The translations under genes and the position numbers were made by a program. The notes below the pieces were generated by a model. It made no database searches. It was not told where the DNA came from and saw only the letters and a program-made list of their open reading frames with translations. From Bacteroidota bacterium (GTDB lineage Bacteria > Bacteroidota > Bacteroidia > Flavobacteriales_F > PHOS-HE28), in assembly GCA_018267055.1 (NCBI GenBank), contig JAFDZF010000061.1, forward strand, positions 24,739-88,738: a DNA stretch of 64,000 nt. The letters run 5' to 3'. Shown in pieces: positions 60,783 to 64,000 of the stretch. Positions within the stretch are counted from its first letter, which is position 1, and each line of letters opens with the position of its first letter.

Positions 60783-63191
60783 ATGGCAGCAGCGGCAGGC
60801 CCCAAAGCGGGGATCATCGACGTCAACGACCTCCGCTACTTCCTCCGGATCTTCTCGAAGAACTGGTACTTCGTGGTGGTGGCCGTCATCCTCTCGGCCG
60901 TCCTCTCCTACCTCTACTCCTACAAGATCCCCGACGTGTACGGGGCCAGCACCCAGATCCTCCTACAGGACCGGGAGTCGTACAACTACCAGACCCAGGT
61001 CTACCAGAACATCGGTTACGTGGGGGCCTATGGCGACATCGTGAACCAGAAGCGGGTGCTCACCAGCTATGACCTGATCGACCGCACGCTGGACAAACTG
61101 GATTTCGACGTCTCATACTACATCATCGGCCGGTTCAAGACCTCGGAGGTCTATGGCTCGCTTCCGTTCTCGGTGCAGATACAGCCCTTGAACGCCAGGC
61201 TTTTCGAGAAGCCGTTCGACCTGCGGATCGTGGATGCGGACCAGTTCGAGCTGAGCTACGATCCTGGTTCAGGGCTGGTGACCAAGACATTCCCGTTCAA
61301 CACCGACATCGCGGACAGCGATTTCACCCTTCGCGTGCAGAAGACGCAGCAGCTCCTGCCGTCCACCCTGCGGAAGTTCAGCGAGAGCGATTACCGTTTC
61401 ATCCGGCATGGCAGGCCCTGGCTGGTGGCCAAGTATGGCTCGGGCATGGACGTGGTGAACCTTGACTACACCACCATCCTTCATGTGACGGTGGAGGACG
61501 AGATCCCCGCACGGGCGAAGATGTTCCTGGATACGCTCAGCCAGGAATACATCCGCTATACGCTGCAGAGCGAGTTCGACATCAATGAGAACACGCTAGG
61601 CTATATCGACAAGCAGCTGGATGAAGTATCGGTGATCCTGAACAATTATGAGGACGATCTGCAGCGCTTCATGCTGAGCAAGAACATCCTCGACCTCGGC
61701 AAGGAGAACGACCGGTACTTCGACCAACTGGTGGGATACGATTCCCGGAAACGCCAGCTGGAGATGATGATCGAGAGCGTGGACGCGCTGGAGAACTACA
61801 TCCTGGCCCTGGGCGATGAGAAGCTCATCCCGCCTTCCTTCTATATCCTGGATGACGATGTATTCCTGAAGAGCACGCTGACCGAGCTATATACCATGCA
61901 GATGGACCGGAACCGGAAGCTGTACGACGCCACGCCGGACAACCGGGCCATCAATACCTTGGATGAGACCATTCAGCTCACCCGGGCCAACCTTCTGGTG
62001 TACTTGAAGAACACCCGCAAGGCCATACGGGAAAAGATCGCTGACGTGGAGAAGCAGATCAGCGATTACAACCAGCTGATCCGGGCGGTGCCGCAGAACC
62101 AGCGGGACATCCTGAACTTCCAGCGGAAAGTGAGCGTGAACGAGCGGCTCTATGAGTTCCTATTGGAGAAGCGGGCCAATACGGTGATCGCACGCGCAGG
62201 CATCATCCCGCAGACGAAAGTGATCGAGGCGGCCCGGATCCTGGGCGTTGTACGGCCGGACAAGATGAAGATCCTGTACACCTTCGCTATCGGCGGTCTT
62301 CTCATCTCCATGGTGCTGGTGTTCCTCCGGGTGCTCTTCTATGACCGCCTCGAGAACGCCGACCAGCTGCGCCAGGTGACGCAATTGCCGGTGTTCGGCG
62401 AGATCATCGCCAGCGAGAAGGCCGAGGAGAACTACGTGGTGGTGGACAGTGACCCGAAATCGGCCATCACCGAGAGCTTCCGTACGATCCGCACCAACCT
62501 GGAGTACCTGCCGGCCACCGAGCAGGGCAAGGTGGTGATGGTGACGAGCTACCGCCCGAACGAAGGCAAGACCTTCTGCTCGGTGAACCTCTCGGCCATC
62601 CTGGCCAAGGCCGGGAAGCGGGTGCTGCTGCTCGAGCTGGACCTGCACAAGCCCAAGGTGGCGGTGGGCCTGGGCATGAACAGCGCGGTGGGCCTCAGCA
62701 ACATCCTGGTGGGCAAGGCCGGGTTCGAGGAGTGCATGCTGCCCACCCAGATCGAGAACTTCCACGTAATCCTCTCGGGCCCCACGCCGCCGAACGCCTC
62801 GGAGCTGGTGCTGAGCAAGCGCCTGCCGGAGCTCTTCGAGTTCGGGCGCCGCCACTTCGACTACGTGCTCATCGACACTCCCCCCGTGGGCCTCATCACC
62901 GACGCCCTGCTGATGATGCGCCATGTTGACGCCACCCTCTTCGTGATCAACACGCGCTTCGCCAACAAGGACCACATCCGGAACGCGCTCGAGGTGCACC
63001 AGAGCAACGCGGCGAAGAACTTCGGCTTCATCCTCAACGGCGTGCGGATGAAGAAGAGCAAGTACTACTACAACACCAACTACGGCTACGGCTACCGTTA
63101 CGCCTACGGCTATGGCTACGGGTACGGCTACGGCAACAAGGGCCGCAAGAGCGAACAGCGCCGCGCCTCGACCAAGAACCAGAACACGTGA
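60783..63191 (+). CDS. wzc: Polysaccharide-biosynthesis tyrosine autokinase (Wzc/GumC-type chain-length determinant + BY-kinase)
   Basis: N-terminal TM + Wzz-like periplasmic coiled-coil region + second TM. Walker A VTSYRPNEGKT, Walker A' LLLELDLHKP, Walker B VLIDTPP. C-terminal Tyr cluster. Start at ATG 60783. Confidence 0.9.
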   Translation: MAAAAGPKAGIIDVNDLRYFLRIFSKNWYFVVVAVILSAVLSYLYSYKIPDVYGASTQILLQDRESYNYQTQVYQNIGYVGAYGDIVNQKRVLTSYDLIDRTLDKLDFDVSYYIIGRFKTSEVYGSLPFSVQIQPLNARLFEKPFDLRIVDADQFELSYDPGSGLVTKTFPFNTDIADSDFTLRVQKTQQLLPSTLRKFSESDYRFIRHGRPWLVAKYGSGMDVVNLDYTTILHVTVEDEIPARAKMFLDTLSQEYIRYTLQSEFDINENTLGYIDKQLDEVSVILNNYEDDLQRFMLSKNILDLGKENDRYFDQLVGYDSRKRQLEMMIESVDALENYILALGDEKLIPPSFYILDDDVFLKSTLTELYTMQMDRNRKLYDATPDNRAINTLDETIQLTRANLLVYLKNTRKAIREKIADVEKQISDYNQLIRAVPQNQRDILNFQRKVSVNERLYEFLLEKRANTVIARAGIIPQTKVIEAARILGVVRPDKMKILYTFAIGGLLISMVLVFLRVLFYDRLENADQLRQVTQLPVFGEIIASEKAEENYVVVDSDPKSAITESFRTIRTNLEYLPATEQGKVVMVTSYRPNEGKTFCSVNLSAILAKAGKRVLLLELDLHKPKVAVGLGMNSAVGLSNILVGKAGFEECMLPTQIENFHVILSGPTPPNASELVLSKRLPELFEFGRRHFDYVLIDTPPVGLITDALLMMRHVDATLFVINTRFANKDHIRNALEVHQSNAAKNFGFILNGVRMKKSKYYYNTNYGYGYRYAYGYGYGYGYGNKGRKSEQRRASTKNQNT
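63063..63134 (+). repeat. Imperfect TAC-GGC hexanucleotide tract encoding the BY-kinase tyrosine cluster
   Basis: Codons TAC TAC TAC AAC ACC AAC, then nine (TAY-GGN-like) units, giving YYYNTNYGYGYRYAYGYGYGYGYG (12 Tyr in 24 aa). Confidence 0.7.
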
Positions 63192-64000
63192 GCGAGCAGG
63201 GCCGCACCGCGGGGCATGCCCACCTTGCAGATGACTGGGATGTCGTCATCCGCCCCCACCGCATGTTCTGGCACCTGGACCTGAAGGAGCTCTGGCACTA
63301 CCGCGACCTGGTGGGGCTGCTCACCCGGCGGGACATCGTCACCGTGTACCAACAGACCGTCCTAGGGCCGCTCTGGGTACTCCTGCAACCCCTGCTCACC
63401 ACCTTTGTCTTCACGCTGGTGTTCGGCCGGGCGGCCGGACTGGCCCCTCCCGGCCTGCCACCGATGCTCTTCTACATGTCGGGCATCGTGCCATGGTATT
63501 TCTTCTCCACGGTGATCACCAAGACCTCGCGCACCTTCATCACCGGGGCGCAGATCATGAGCAAGGTGTATTTCCCCCGGCTGGCGATGCCGCTGAGCAG
63601 CACCCTTTCCACCCTCTTCACCTTCGCCGTACAGTTCGTCGCCTTTCTGGTGATGCTGGCCATCTATGCGGTGATGGACCCCGGTTTCCACTGGCAGGCC
63701 CTTCCGGCATTGGCCCTAGTACCCATGCTGGTGCTATTGATGCTGCTCCTGGGCCTGGGCCTCGGCATCCTCATCACGGCCATCACCACGAAATACCGTG
63801 ACCTTTCTTTCCTCGTGGCCTTCGGCGTACAGCTGCTCATGTATGCCAGCCCCGTGCTCTTCCCGATGGCGCGCCTGCAGCAGATGCCCCTGCTGCTGGC
63901 TCTGTTCCGCCTCAACCCCATGACCGCGCCCATCGAGGCCACGCGAGCCGCATTCTTCGGCGGCCCACTGCCCTGGGGAGGGCTGCTCTACACCACGGTG
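63188..64000 (+). CDS. ABC-2 type polysaccharide/O-antigen export permease (Wzm/KpsM-like), 3'-truncated by the window edge
   Basis: Not in the ORF track because it has no stop in the window. The frame is open from GTG 63188 (GTGA overlap with the wzc stop) to nt 64000. LKELWHYRDLVGLLTRRDIVTVYQQTVLGPLWVLLQPLL is the classic ABC-2 N-terminal motif, followed by TM helices. The first in-frame ATG is at 63263. Confidence 0.8.
   Translation, partial: MSEQGRTAGHAHLADDWDVVIRPHRMFWHLDLKELWHYRDLVGLLTRRDIVTVYQQTVLGPLWVLLQPLLTTFVFTLVFGRAAGLAPPGLPPMLFYMSGIVPWYFFSTVITKTSRTFITGAQIMSKVYFPRLAMPLSSTLSTLFTFAVQFVAFLVMLAIYAVMDPGFHWQALPALALVPMLVLLMLLLGLGLGILITAITTKYRDLSFLVAFGVQLLMYASPVLFPMARLQQMPLLLALFRLNPMTAPIEATRAAFFGGPLPWGGLLYTTV

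Overview
This 64-kb window looks like a high-GC (roughly 65-68% by eye) Bacteroidota chromosome. The evidence is many Por/T9SS C-terminal sorting domains, one gliding-type (type B) CTD, TAnnTTTG promoter boxes, XrtF, and DUF4294/DUF4412/DUF6089-like genes. Gene density is about 95%. I saw no rRNA, tRNA, CRISPR array, transposase or integrase.

Nt 1-35,800 hold housekeeping genes (SDR, tal, tsaC, nnr, pcm, hbd, accC, sucC, lolD, guaB, a Kef-type antiporter, an NMO-family oxidoreductase). Large T9SS cargo genes, DUF4412 proteins, and a small lipoprotein plus priming sugar-transferase operon are interspersed among them.

Nt 35,878-64,000 is one large surface-polysaccharide super-locus. It contains asnB-like amidotransferase, three SDR epimerase/dehydratases, five or six glycosyltransferases, wecB, an acetyltransferase, a methyltransferase, a Wzy/O-antigen-ligase-like protein, a Wzc tyrosine autokinase and an ABC-2 permease running off the window end.

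Three things in that locus deserve a second look:
- An XrtF exosortase cassette headed by an 82-aa ORF that is little more than a signal peptide plus a PIDGG-TM-basic sorting signal.
- Two CotH-family kinase genes flanking the Wzy-like gene, next to a metallophosphoesterase.
- A divergently transcribed, translationally coupled operon: one T9SS cargo gene plus three tandem paralogues with a miniaturised FGE/SUMF1-like (C-type-lectin-fold) Cys-rich C-terminal domain.

Many very long ORFs in the supplied track are antisense or alternate-frame artefacts of high GC and were rejected. All family assignments come from motif recognition by eye and need HMM/BLAST confirmation.
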